In this document: positions 17,282 through 27,893 of the stretch, piece by piece
How positions within the stretch are numbered: position 1 is the first letter of the stretch
Layout of the letters: every line of letters begins with the position of its first letter
Assembly (NCBI GenBank): GCA_046045965.1
Contig: JBJOKS010000015.1
Coordinates: forward strand, 61,474-125,473
DNA from: Cyanobacteriota bacterium
Lineage (GTDB): Bacteria; Cyanobacteriota; Cyanobacteriia; Cyanobacteriales; Nostocaceae
DNA length: 64,000 nucleotides
Reading direction: 5' to 3'
Position numbers and translations under genes: made by a program
The notes under the pieces: generated by a model
Databases searched by the model: none
Told to the model about the DNA's origin: nothing
The model's input: only the letters and a program-made list of their open reading frames with translations

Positions 17282-18694
17282 TTACAGTCCACAAGTCTCA
17301 ACGCGAGAGAAGATAACTCCTCTCCCTAAACCTCCCACATTCCATTTTAACCGTGCTGGTAAGTGGCCTTCTGGTGCTTTTATATCAAAAGTAATATCTT
17401 TGTAGGATAACCATTTTCCTTCTTTTTTCCATCCTACTCTATCCCCAAAGCCTTCCCAGATTTCAGAATTATACTGTCTCGTTCCCCCTAAATTTTGATA
17501 TATCCGTTGCTGTACAGAAAATCCAAATTTACCATTACTATATTTAAGCCATAGTCTATCAATATTGTACAGGTCATCACAGGGAAAATTATCAATATTT
17601 GGAGCATCTAAAAAACCTTCTTTTTGCCGATTTGCTACTGCTAACATTACCCGCGCTGTTTCCTCATCAGCTTCTTTCCATTTACCTGCTGCTAATAATT
17701 TTTCTAGTTTTTGATACTGACTGGTTACAGTAACAGATGGTTGAGGAATTGTTACAAGTTGTAGATATGGTGAAGGTGGTACAGGTAAAAATTTAGATGG
17801 CGATCGCTTCACATTTTGATCTACAAAATTTAACTCCTGAATCACTTCCTTAACAGATTGATAACGATGCTTAGGAATAGGACTTGCTAATTTTTCCAGA
17901 ATTTTACCTAATTCATCACTTACCACATTCCCATTTAAAAAATCTCTCCATACCCATTCCCCTTCTATTGGACTATATAAATCAAAGGGACTAACTCCCG
18001 TTAATAAATGCAAACAAGTTACCCCTAAACTATATAAATCACTAATAAATAATGGTTTACCCATTGACTGTTCAGGAGCGCAATATTCAGCAGATCCAAT
18101 AATTGTTCCTGTAGCTGTGCGTTGCTGGGGTTTAACTATTTTCGCTGCCCCAAAATCTACTAAAAATAACTTTTTATCACTGCTAAGAATAATATTTTCT
18201 GGTTTAATATCTCGGTGAATTACTTGTTGACTATGAACAAATTCCAATATTTGCAAAACTTCTATTAATAACTTTCTAATTTGCTGCTCAGAAAAAACAC
18301 CATTATTATCTAACTCAGTTTGTAAAGTTTCACCTTTAACAAATTCCTGTACTAAATATTGACGATTATCATAAGTAAAATAAGCCATTAACTCAGGTAT
18401 TTGAGGATGTTTACCCAACTCCTCTAAACGTTGTGCTTCCTGTGCAAATAACTGAGATGCTTTTTCAATACTATCCGTTCCCTGTGCTTGGGGTAAAAAT
18501 TGTTTAATTACACAAAAAGGTTTTGATGGTTTATCCTCATCAATAGCTAAAAAAGTCCTACCAAAACCACCCTGACCTAAAATTGATAGAGGTGCATATC
18601 TTTCACGTAAAAGTAACTTATTACCGCACTTCTGACAATATTGAAAATTATCAGGATTAGAAAAAAGACAGTCAGGATTAAGACATTGACGCAT
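17282..18694 (-). CDS. Ser/Thr protein kinase with N-terminal 4-Cys ribbon and C-terminal GUN4 domain
   Basis: CLNPDC..CQKCG; GQGGFG, HRDIKPEN, DFG, APEQ; GUN4 WKEADEET..IDRLWLKYSNGKFGFSVQ..PEGHLP. Confidence 0.95.
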   Translation of the reverse strand: MRQCLNPDCLFSNPDNFQYCQKCGNKLLLRERYAPLSILGQGGFGRTFLAIDEDKPSKPFCVIKQFLPQAQGTDSIEKASQLFAQEAQRLEELGKHPQIPELMAYFTYDNRQYLVQEFVKGETLQTELDNNGVFSEQQIRKLLIEVLQILEFVHSQQVIHRDIKPENIILSSDKKLFLVDFGAAKIVKPQQRTATGTIIGSAEYCAPEQSMGKPLFISDLYSLGVTCLHLLTGVSPFDLYSPIEGEWVWRDFLNGNVVSDELGKILEKLASPIPKHRYQSVKEVIQELNFVDQNVKRSPSKFLPVPPSPYLQLVTIPQPSVTVTSQYQKLEKLLAAGKWKEADEETARVMLAVANRQKEGFLDAPNIDNFPCDDLYNIDRLWLKYSNGKFGFSVQQRIYQNLGGTRQYNSEIWEGFGDRVGWKKEGKWLSYKDITFDIKAPEGHLPARLKWNVGGLGRGVIFSRVETCGL

Positions 18695-18738
18695 AGACTC
18701 AAAACCAAGGCTTTGTTCTTATCTTAACCCTAATTAAT

Positions 18739-18805
18739 CAAGACTTACGCAAAATATCTCTCAACCCTTCATTTCTCTGCGTCCTCTGCGCCTCTGCGGT
18801 TCGTT
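18739..18805. repeat. Dispersed repeat / MITE end
   Basis: CAAGACTTACGCA terminus followed by a 32-nt exact inverted copy of 17147-17178; a related copy lies at ~38528-38607. Confidence 0.65.
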
Positions 18806-18835
18806 ACTTAAAATGTGAACACCCCACAACCTAAT

Positions 18836-20860
18836 TTAAAATCGCTGACCTATACCTATATGCACCCGACTGTTTCCTTGGTCATTAATGCCATAGTCAG
18901 CACGAATTAAACCTAAAGGCGAATCAACGCGCACACCTGCACCATAACCAAAACCACTACCGGGTTTATTTCGCTCACCCGCAGGATCATCAATCACTGT
19001 ATCACCAGAACCTAAGTCAGTAGCAAAGTCAGCAAATATCACACCTCCAGCGATGGGGAAGATGGGAAAGCGATATTCAGCGGAAGCTAATACAAAGCTG
19101 CGACCACTACCCACATCACCAGCATCATAACCACGCACTGAATTAGAACCACCCAAGTTAAAAGCTTCGTAAGGTGGTAGATCACCAACTACAGTCCCAG
19201 CTTGCAGGTTTAAGGCAAATACTTGAGGCTGTTTACTGTTAAATAATTGTACGGGCATAAACTGGCTATAATTGCCCCGCAGCCGATTCATGGTAATCTG
19301 ACCATTACCTACAGGTATAGATTGTTCGGTGCTGAAACTGAGAATAGAACCTTGAGTTGGTTGAACTGGGTTATCCCGTTCGTCTTTGGTAGCTGTGAAT
19401 GATACGGTAGTGAGGTCATCAATTCCTGTATCGCTGAAAGATAATCTGTTGTTGTTAGCATCTCTTCGAGTAATATTACCTTGGCGATCGCGAATTGTCA
19501 CACGAGTATAATTAAGACCAACCGCAGCATCCCAACCATCTATTTGTTGCTGAACACTCACACTACCGCCAATTTTACCTTCCCGCACTCTTTCTCCATT
19601 GGCCAGCCTGATTGTATCGTCAAAGGTATCAGAAAGTTGTCGTCTACGAAAGGTTCTGATGTTGTAACCCAAGCGTTCCGGGTTAGTTTCTCGATAAGGA
19701 CTATTAAAATTAGTGTTAAACAGTATATCCTGTCTGTTTACTTCCACATTTGCGGCTAAGGTATCATTCACACCACCAACATTTTGATCTCTATAGCTTA
19801 ATATCACTGATATCCCATCATCAGCATTGTATCCACCGCCTACGTTAACTGAACGCGCTCCTACTTCTTGCAGTTCGTAAATTAAATCTAGTTTTGTTGC
19901 ATCCCCTTCAAATGCAACATTTACGGATTTAAATAAACCTAATCTATATAGAGTTTGTACATCTTGCCGTGCTAAATCGTCTGCAAAGACTTTACCTGGC
20001 TTTAATTTGAGTTGCTGTCTGAGAAAATCTTCTTTAGTACGTCCTTTGATGGGATTACCATTATTATCCACCTTTTGTCCTTCTTCATTCGCAAAGCGAA
20101 ATTTGACATCTCCCACTACACCTTCTGCTACGTTCACTGTGAGGACACCTTGACGGCTGGGTTGAATTGATAGTACCCTCGCTAGGGAATAACCGTTATC
20201 TTTATACCACTGGTTTATTTGCTGCACTATTTTCTCAAGTGCTGCGGGACTAATATCTTTACCGATCTGATTTTTAAAGTTTTCTAAGGCTACTGTATAG
20301 CTGAGAACCTTTGCACCAGATAGTTGTATTGCTTGTGCAACTATTGGCTTGACTTGATAGACGACATCCAACCCAGTAGATGTAATGCTACTGTTAACAT
20401 TGGCACTAGCAAATAAACCAGTCTTTAAAATTGCGTCTACATCTTGTTGAAGTTGGTTTTGACTGGTTTCTCCCCCGGTCTGGGTTTTAATAACTTTGCG
20501 AATTATCTGCTCTAATTCTGAATTAGCGCCAATTATCTGTACATTGGTAGCGGTAACGAATAAATTAGCATCTGTGACCAAGTTGTTATTATTGTTTCTA
20601 TTATTAATAGTATTATTCTGTACGATTATTTGCTGAGATACTGGCTGAGAGCTAAATTCTATGGCATAAGTAGTTTCTGGATTTGTAGTATTTATTACTG
20701 GATTTTCTTGAGATTCCACATAAGGTACTACTACCACATCTGTTGTTGCGGTTTTATTCTCTTGATTTGTGGTTTGAGTTGGTGCTGCATTGGCTTGCTG
20801 AGTGACATTACTCGCAGCTAAAGTAGCTAAGGTAAAAATGGCCGCAGAAGAAACTCGCAT
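18836..20860 (-). CDS. Omp85 (BamA/TamA-family) outer-membrane protein
   Basis: Signal peptide, POTRA-like repeats, LGGSNSVRGY, C-terminal SPLGLIRADYG...GIGQRF. Confidence 0.95.
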   Translation of the reverse strand: MRVSSAAIFTLATLAASNVTQQANAAPTQTTNQENKTATTDVVVVPYVESQENPVINTTNPETTYAIEFSSQPVSQQIIVQNNTINNRNNNNNLVTDANLFVTATNVQIIGANSELEQIIRKVIKTQTGGETSQNQLQQDVDAILKTGLFASANVNSSITSTGLDVVYQVKPIVAQAIQLSGAKVLSYTVALENFKNQIGKDISPAALEKIVQQINQWYKDNGYSLARVLSIQPSRQGVLTVNVAEGVVGDVKFRFANEEGQKVDNNGNPIKGRTKEDFLRQQLKLKPGKVFADDLARQDVQTLYRLGLFKSVNVAFEGDATKLDLIYELQEVGARSVNVGGGYNADDGISVILSYRDQNVGGVNDTLAANVEVNRQDILFNTNFNSPYRETNPERLGYNIRTFRRRQLSDTFDDTIRLANGERVREGKIGGSVSVQQQIDGWDAAVGLNYTRVTIRDRQGNITRRDANNNRLSFSDTGIDDLTTVSFTATKDERDNPVQPTQGSILSFSTEQSIPVGNGQITMNRLRGNYSQFMPVQLFNSKQPQVFALNLQAGTVVGDLPPYEAFNLGGSNSVRGYDAGDVGSGRSFVLASAEYRFPIFPIAGGVIFADFATDLGSGDTVIDDPAGERNKPGSGFGYGAGVRVDSPLGLIRADYGINDQGNSRVHIGIGQRF

Positions 20861-21139
20861 AATTAATATTGATTAACTTCATCAACTGGTAGTTAGCAAG
20901 AAGGGAATAGGGGATAGGGGATAGAAAATCACTTCCTCACGATCCTGTCTCCTTTGTGCCTGTATTATGATCTTTACTGTCGATACCTATGGATGAATAG
21001 ACCAAGAATAATAATTTTTTGTTTCTGGGTAAAAAAGCGATCGCTGAAAATCTGGGTATTGGGTGTTTTGGTAATTGATATTACTTATTATCAGACTCTA
21101 TGATTACAAATTGCAAGAGCCAGTAAATATTCCCAAACC

Positions 21140-21178
21140 AAAATCTAAAATCTAAAATCTAAAATCTAAAATCTAAAA
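21140..21178. repeat. STRR heptamer repeat (AAAATCT)n
   Basis: Tandem 7-mers immediately upstream of the start codon. Confidence 0.9.
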
Positions 21179-21182
21179 TTCT

Positions 21183-22523
21183 ATGAGTCATTTATCCCCA
21201 CTACCTTTAGTTACCAATTCTCTAGATACTACTTCTCGTTTACAGCTACTCGTTTTAAGTAATGGTCATGGAGAAGATATCATTGCTGTACGTATAATCA
21301 AGGAATTACAACAGCTATCTACACCACCAGATATCTTTGCTTTACCAATAGTGGGTGAAGGACGTGCTTACCAACAGTTGAATGTACCTTGTATTGGTAA
21401 GGTGCAGACCATGCCTTCTGGTGGTTTTATTTATATGGATAGCCGTCAACTGATGCGGGATGTGCGGGGTGGTTTGGTACAACTGACTTGGAACCAAATT
21501 CAAACTGTTCGCGGTTGGGTGAGTTCGCAAACCAAATTAGGTAATCAAAAGGCTATTTTAGCTGTGGGAGATATTGTTCCGCTGTTGTTTGCAACTATCA
21601 GCGGTGCTAATTATGCTTTTGTGGGAACGGCAAAATCTGAATATTATGTGCGGGATGAGTTCGGTTTATTACCGAGAAAGTCAAAATCAGCACGGTGGGA
21701 AAATTTTTCTGGTTCCATTTACCATCCTTGGGAAAGGTGGTTGATGAGTCGTCGTCGTTGTCGTGGGGTGTTTCCTAGAGATGCGCTGACGACGGCAATT
21801 TTAAGAAAGTGGCCAATTCCGGCTTTTGATTTGGGAAATCCCATGATGGATGGTTTAGAATCGACTGTGACAAACCAGAGGTTTGACAGTGGTAATGTTG
21901 AACAAACAGAGATTGAGCGTCCTTTGATGGTGACTTTGCTTCCTGGTTCCCGTGCAGGTGAGGCTTATGCTAATTGGGAAGTGATGATGATTGCTGTATC
22001 GGCTTTGATGGAGAGTTTTCGGGAGCGAGAGATGGTGTTTTTAGGGGCGATCGCTCCCGGTTTAGATAGCAATATTTTATCTCAAACTTTAAAAATTCAA
22101 GGTTGGCAAAACTGGGATCAATTTCCTATTCAACTTGCTGATCCTCATGCTTTGATCTTTAAACACAGAAATGCTTCTCTTATTCTCACCCAACAAGCTT
22201 ATAATGACTGTTTACATTTGGGAGATTTAGCGATCGCAATGGCGGGTACAGCAACAGAACAATTTATTGGTTTAGGTAAACCTGCGATCGCTATTCCGGG
22301 TAACGGTCCTCAATATAACCCTGCTTTTGCAGAAGCCCAAAGTCGTCTTTTAGGATCATCTTTAATTTTAGTAGACCAACCAGCACAAGTAGCCCAAGTA
22401 GTGCAAACCCTGTTCAAAAATCCCGATCTTTTCCAGGAAATTGCCGAAAATAGCGTTAAGCGGATGGGTAGGCCAGGTGCTGCAAAACGTATTGCCGAAT
22501 GTTTGCAAGCAAGATTTTGTTGA
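21183..22523 (+). CDS. Lipid-A-disaccharide synthase-related glycosyltransferase
   Basis: SNGHGED, MPSGGF, VGTAKS, LLPGSR, AMAGTATEQ, GPQY..FAEAQSRLLG. Confidence 0.9.
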   Translation: MSHLSPLPLVTNSLDTTSRLQLLVLSNGHGEDIIAVRIIKELQQLSTPPDIFALPIVGEGRAYQQLNVPCIGKVQTMPSGGFIYMDSRQLMRDVRGGLVQLTWNQIQTVRGWVSSQTKLGNQKAILAVGDIVPLLFATISGANYAFVGTAKSEYYVRDEFGLLPRKSKSARWENFSGSIYHPWERWLMSRRRCRGVFPRDALTTAILRKWPIPAFDLGNPMMDGLESTVTNQRFDSGNVEQTEIERPLMVTLLPGSRAGEAYANWEVMMIAVSALMESFREREMVFLGAIAPGLDSNILSQTLKIQGWQNWDQFPIQLADPHALIFKHRNASLILTQQAYNDCLHLGDLAIAMAGTATEQFIGLGKPAIAIPGNGPQYNPAFAEAQSRLLGSSLILVDQPAQVAQVVQTLFKNPDLFQEIAENSVKRMGRPGAAKRIAECLQARFC

Positions 22524-22530
22524 AATCATC

Positions 22531-23253
22531 TTAACCCACCAAACCAGAACGCAAAGCGCGGACTGCTGCTTGGGTTCTGTCATCAGCGCAGAGTTTATTC
22601 AAAATGTTGCGAACATGAGTTTTTACTGTTCCCACTGTAATGTACAGTTTCTCCGCAATTTGTCCGTTACTGCAACCAGCAACAATTAATTCTAAAATTT
22701 CCAGTTCCCGCTGAGTTAGGGGATAGGTTTCCAAAACTTGCTCATATTCTGTAGCCAAAGCTTCAATTTTGACAGTCTTTGGTTTATCAGATGCCACACT
22801 TTCCCCTGGTAAACCCAAGCGCATTTTCTTTAATACCACATTGGCGATCGCCGGATCAATCCAAGAGTTACCCGCATGAGTAGCTTGTATGGCTTCGGTT
22901 AATTTATTAATGCTTGTCTCTTTCATATAATAAGAATCTGCACCCGCAGCAAAAGCCGCTAAGACTGCATCTTCTGTGTGATCCATTGTCAGAATCAAAA
23001 TTTTTGTATTGTTCTGCCCTGTCTCTGCTTGATGGCGTTTAAACTTACGGGTGAGTTCAATCCCATCCATATCTGGTAAACCAATATCCACTACAGCTAC
23101 ATCTGGCTTGGCAGTTTCCAAAAGTTTTAGTCCTTGGGTGGCATTTGCTGCTTCACCAATTACTCTTAATCCACTGTGTGACTGTAATGCAGCCCGTAAT
23201 CCCATCCGGGTTAAATCATGATCTTCAATTAAAAGAATGCTAATCTCACTCAT
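22531..23253 (-). CDS. orrA: NarL-family response regulator, probably the OrrA orthologue
   Basis: Receiver (IEDHDL, VVDIGLP) plus LuxR HTH (LTQRELEIL..SNGQIAEKLYITVGTVKTH), divergent from hybrid kinases. The orrA name comes from recalled sequence and synteny. Confidence 0.7.
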   Translation of the reverse strand: MSEISILLIEDHDLTRMGLRAALQSHSGLRVIGEAANATQGLKLLETAKPDVAVVDIGLPDMDGIELTRKFKRHQAETGQNNTKILILTMDHTEDAVLAAFAAGADSYYMKETSINKLTEAIQATHAGNSWIDPAIANVVLKKMRLGLPGESVASDKPKTVKIEALATEYEQVLETYPLTQRELEILELIVAGCSNGQIAEKLYITVGTVKTHVRNILNKLCADDRTQAAVRALRSGLVG

Positions 23254-23936
23254 TGTTACACCCAATTATATATCTAACTGCTGCTTTGAACTTAAAAACA
23301 TCAATGTAGGTTTTGGTTCTAATTTCCCCAAACCAAAGATAGATGATATTTTGACCTAGTTGCATCCATCGGTAGAAATAATAAATTTCACTGATTAAAT
23401 GTGAGATAGAAGTAAAAATCTAGCTACGGATATATGCCTAAATTTTTTGAATATGAAATATTGAGACGAATGCAAAATCATACATCCTCCTTGTCATGAA
23501 CGCGCCTTCATTAGTCTCGATTTTTCCTTAATTCTTCTACCAAGCTTTGCAAAAAGCTGCGGAGGCTGCTTTACCCATATCTGGGAATTTATGCAATTAA
23601 CTGAGCCGCATTTTTGCTCTTAGTCCAGTATCCTTGAATAGTTTTTCTATCCCTTTACGAGTTGCTTAAATGTGATCAATTTTTCTTTGCCTTCTCATTC
23701 AAGCCTGTAGTCAGAATCACCTGGTCACATTTAATTCAAAATTAATTTGTCACATTTTCAGGTAAAAATCTGCAATTACTCTTATAAATAAAAGAGGTTT
23801 ACACCATGATTATAGCACAATAGGAGGGTTTTGTGACATAAATTTACCAAGCGCATGACCATTTTGTAACTTCACATAGAACAGACAGCATTCTACGCCA
23901 AGATAATTAATACTTCCAAAACTCCGTAACGAAATT

Positions 23937-24129
23937 CAGAGGGAACTCTTAACGGGCGACTCTTAACAGAAAAAACTCATGTTTAAAAACATGAGATTGA
24001 AATAATGACACTGTTTTTTTCGTGCTACGCATCTTGTAAAAACATCTTTTTTTTGACTGAGCTTTAAACTCACCAACTTTAGTTTCTTATCTGTTCCCTG
24101 TTCCCTGTTCCCTGTTCCCTTTTTTGTAA
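23937..24129 (+). mobile_element. MITE-like dispersed element containing an STRR block
   Basis: An inverted second copy lies at 44639-44855; shared AACTCTTAACGGGC.ACTCTTAAC, TTTGACTGAGCTTTAAACTCA, GTTTCTTATCTGTTCCC(TGTTCCC)n. Confidence 0.75.
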
Positions 24130-24761
24130 GGATTGTATCCGCTTAAAAAAGAATTACTGGTGCTTGTATGGAAATATCAACAGATGCACTTAAAACTTTT
24201 TAATATTGAATGAGTCATTACTCAAGAATCAATACTGGGTACTGTTCAAATGAGTAAAACTGCTCAAGCTTATGGTACACAATGTTTGTATGCAACTCTC
24301 ACTAATGGGTGAGGACGGTGAATCATCTGCTCATTTACAATTGTGTTGAGATAGATAAAGTATTTGATTTTACTTTATATCGACTCTGCCCAATTTAATA
24401 GAGAATCATTTTTACCTGGATAATTGCTAATTGTTTACAACTTATTATTTATTAAACGTGAGCAATTTTCCAGATACTAGAGTTATCAGGAAGCAGATTC
24501 AATGCCATCACAAAATTTGGCAGAAAAAATCAAATCCTTGATTCTGCAATCAGTGAAAGACATCAAAATTAATAACTACTAGGAATGGAGAACAGTAAAT
24601 TAAATGTAACGAATATTAATTAGATATTGTGTAAAATACCTGAGTTACTCAATAGCTATAGTTGAGATACACAAAAATTGTCAATTTTGTAGTTACATAG
24701 TTTAACAACACAAATGCTGTACTTGAATCCAATCTCTATTGGACAGCGAAGATAAAAACTG

Positions 24762-26114
24762 ATGGAAGAGACGCTGAAAATTTTGGTTGTAGATGATGAT
24801 GAAGTAGATCGCATGGCAGTCCGTATAGCCCTGACGCAAGCGGGTGTTTATATGGAAATGTGTGAAGTCAGTGACGGGAATAATGCTTTCTCTGCTCTCC
24901 AGAATACTAACTTTGACTGCGTTTTTCTCGATTATCGCTTACCAGACCAAGATAGCTTCACTTTAATTCACAAACTGCGCTCTTGTGAAATCAAAGTTCC
25001 TTTAGTCATCCTCAGCACTGAAGGGGATGAACAAATTGCTCTTGAGTTATTGCAAGCTGGTGCTACAGACTATCTTTCTAAGTCTAAGCTGAACTCAGAA
25101 AATTTGGTAATGATTTTGCGGAATGCAATTCGGTTGTATCGGGCAGAAATGAAAGCAGATTTGGCATATCAACAACTCAAAGAAAGTAATGAACAACTGA
25201 TTAGAAAGAACCAAGAATTGGAGAAACAACGGCAACAAATTCAGCTGCAAAATTTGAAACTGTTGGAAGCATCACGACTCAAATCACAATTTTTAGCAAC
25301 CATATCTCATGAGTTGCGAACCCCAATGAATGCCATCATTGGTTTTTCTCAGGTACTGTTACGTCCGAAATTTGGTCAACTTACCAATCAACAAACGGAT
25401 ATGGTAGAACGTATCCTCAATAATGGTAAGCATTTGCTGATGTTGCTCAATGAAGTTCTCGACTTTTCTAAACTAGAGTCCGGTAGATTAGAGCTAAAAC
25501 CGGAAATATTTGATTTATCAAAGATAGTTAATAATACTGTAGCAGAAATACGTTCGTTAGCAGAAGCAAAAAAGTTATCTTTGCTAGTGGAAATAGATTT
25601 ACAAAATACTTTAGTCTTTAATGATCCAGTGCGAGTTCACCAGATGTTAATTAACCTGCTTTCTAATGCCATTAAATTTACAGAATATGGAGGTATTAGA
25701 ATAGAAGTGAAAGACATTGCACAAAATCGATTAGCAATTACTATTCGAGATACAGGAATTGGCATTTCTCCTCAAGATTTTCAACATATTTTTGAGGCAT
25801 TTCGACAAGTAGATCAAGGTATTAGCCGTAAATATCCTGGCACTGGACTAGGTTTGGCAATTATTGATTCATTAGTACAAATGATGGGAGGTCAGATATT
25901 TTTAGAAAGTCAATTAGGAGTAGGTTCGGTATTTCAAATTGAATTGCCCCGGCAAATAGCATTATCACCTCATAATGGAGATAATCATACTGGAGATAAT
26001 TATAGTTTAAATTTAGGTAGTGGCGATGGTATTTATTATTCTCATCCAAATCCACCTCACCTACCATCTCAATTCAACAAAGTTTCCTTAGGATATCCTC
26101 ATCTCAGACTGTAA
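24762..26114 (+). CDS. Hybrid response regulator-histidine kinase
   Basis: N-terminal receiver (VVDDD, FLDYRLP), SHELRTPMN, NLLSNAIKF, DTGIG, GTGLGL. Confidence 0.95.
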   Translation: MEETLKILVVDDDEVDRMAVRIALTQAGVYMEMCEVSDGNNAFSALQNTNFDCVFLDYRLPDQDSFTLIHKLRSCEIKVPLVILSTEGDEQIALELLQAGATDYLSKSKLNSENLVMILRNAIRLYRAEMKADLAYQQLKESNEQLIRKNQELEKQRQQIQLQNLKLLEASRLKSQFLATISHELRTPMNAIIGFSQVLLRPKFGQLTNQQTDMVERILNNGKHLLMLLNEVLDFSKLESGRLELKPEIFDLSKIVNNTVAEIRSLAEAKKLSLLVEIDLQNTLVFNDPVRVHQMLINLLSNAIKFTEYGGIRIEVKDIAQNRLAITIRDTGIGISPQDFQHIFEAFRQVDQGISRKYPGTGLGLAIIDSLVQMMGGQIFLESQLGVGSVFQIELPRQIALSPHNGDNHTGDNYSLNLGSGDGIYYSHPNPPHLPSQFNKVSLGYPHLRL

Positions 26115-26161
26115 ATTTCCCAAGTGTAGATTGAGATTAATTTTCAAAAAGTTGATAAATT

Positions 26162-27283
26162 ATGTCTGTTGTCAAAAGTGATCAGGTTGATCGTATCCTC
26201 GCCGTTGATGATACAAGAGATAATCTCATTTTGGTGCAAACACTCTTAGAAAGTGAAGGTTATGAAATTGATTTAGTATCAGATGGAGCAACTGCTTTAC
26301 AAAAAGTGGCACAATCTCCACCGGATTTGATTTTACTAGATGTGATGATGCCAGGAATGGATGGTTATGAAGTAACACGGAGAATTCGTAGTAATCCTGA
26401 TCTTAGCTATATTCCAATTTTGTTAATCACAGCTTTTCACGAATCTAGTGTAGTGGAAGGATTAGATGCTGGTGCTGATGATTTTATCCGCAAACCATTT
26501 GATACAGATGAATTACTAGCGAGAGTGCGATCGCTGTTAAGACTCAAGCACAGTATTGATGAACAACAAAAAATGACCCGTCAACGAGAAGATTTTGTTT
26601 CTCGTTTAACTCATGATTTACGCACACCTTTAGTAGCAGCTGATCGAATGTTAGCTTTATTTCAACAGGAGGTTTTTTGCAAAATATCGCCAGAAATGAA
26701 ACAAGCGATCGCTGTGATGATTCGCAGTAACCAAAATCTCATGCAAATGGTCAATACCTTACTAGAAGTTTATCGCTTCGAGGCAGGTAAAAAAACCCTC
26801 AATTTAGAAAAATGCGACTTAAAAGAAATAGCCCAAGAAGTCATCAGTGAAATAACTCCCCTAGCTATGGAGAAAAGCTTAACTCTCAAATTAGACACTC
26901 ATCAGTTAAACCCAGGAGATCATGGGGGACTTGTTTTTGGTGATAGACTAGAATTACGCCGAGTCTTAAATAACTTCATCGGTAATGCCATCAAGTTTAC
27001 AGATACAGGAGGTGTGGAAATTCGCATTTTGGAAACCTTACCCACTAAAACAGTTCAAGCTGAAGTCTTGGTTGAAGTTGCAGATACTGGTTATGGAATT
27101 GCACCTGAAGATCAGGCAACTATTTTTGAGCGATTTCGTCAAGGGAGAAATAAAAGATCAGGTAGCGGTTTAGGATTGCATCTATCACAACGAATTATAG
27201 AAGCACACGGGGGAAAAATAGCACTGTTCTCACAATTAGGTAAAGGTAGTATATTCACAATCAGACTACCAAAAGCAACTTAA
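26162..27283 (+). CDS. Hybrid response regulator-histidine kinase
   Basis: Receiver (AVDD, LLDVMMP), THDLRTPL, GNAIKF, DTGYG, GSGLGL. Confidence 0.95.
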   Translation: MSVVKSDQVDRILAVDDTRDNLILVQTLLESEGYEIDLVSDGATALQKVAQSPPDLILLDVMMPGMDGYEVTRRIRSNPDLSYIPILLITAFHESSVVEGLDAGADDFIRKPFDTDELLARVRSLLRLKHSIDEQQKMTRQREDFVSRLTHDLRTPLVAADRMLALFQQEVFCKISPEMKQAIAVMIRSNQNLMQMVNTLLEVYRFEAGKKTLNLEKCDLKEIAQEVISEITPLAMEKSLTLKLDTHQLNPGDHGGLVFGDRLELRRVLNNFIGNAIKFTDTGGVEIRILETLPTKTVQAEVLVEVADTGYGIAPEDQATIFERFRQGRNKRSGSGLGLHLSQRIIEAHGGKIALFSQLGKGSIFTIRLPKAT

Positions 27284-27434
27284 TTGTCAGAATTCAAAAT
27301 ATAGAATTCAGAATTTAGTATGAATCAGGATTTGCGATTCGAGCTTGATTATTTCGTGCAAAACTTCCTCCTCTATATTAATTCCTGATACCAGCAAATA
27401 TTCTGACTCCTGACTCCTGACTCCTGCTATAGCT

Positions 27435-27893
27435 CTAACTTTCCCGACATACTTCCAATGATGAATGACGCTCAAATTTATCATCTAGCAAACGCCAAAT
27501 AATCGCCTCTAAATCCTCAAGCATATAGGGTTTACTGATATAGTCATCAAAACCTGCGCTGAGGATACGCTCTTGCTGTTCCCTACCAGCTAAAGCCGTA
27601 ACTGCAACTACAGGAATGTGACAAGTAAGTGGTTCATGTTTTAAAGATCGCACAACATCTAGACCGTTCAAACCTGGTAACAAAATATCCAACAAAATCA
27701 AGTCTGGCTGATACTCTTTGGCTACCAATAGTGTGGTATAACTGTCATTCTGACAAATAAATTTACACCCTAGTAACTCAAGTGCATAACTAAGCAACAG
27801 TAGACTATCCTCATGATCTTCTACTACCAAAATTAAAGGCGGCTGAGAGCTTTGCTTCTTTTCATCACTCATGAATGAATGTGTCAGATACAT
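27435..27893 (-). CDS. Single-domain response regulator (CheY/DivK-like)
   Basis: VVEDH, ILLDILLP, AVTA, ISKP. Confidence 0.92.
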   Translation of the reverse strand: MYLTHSFMSDEKKQSSQPPLILVVEDHEDSLLLLSYALELLGCKFICQNDSYTTLLVAKEYQPDLILLDILLPGLNGLDVVRSLKHEPLTCHIPVVAVTALAGREQQERILSAGFDDYISKPYMLEDLEAIIWRLLDDKFERHSSLEVCRES

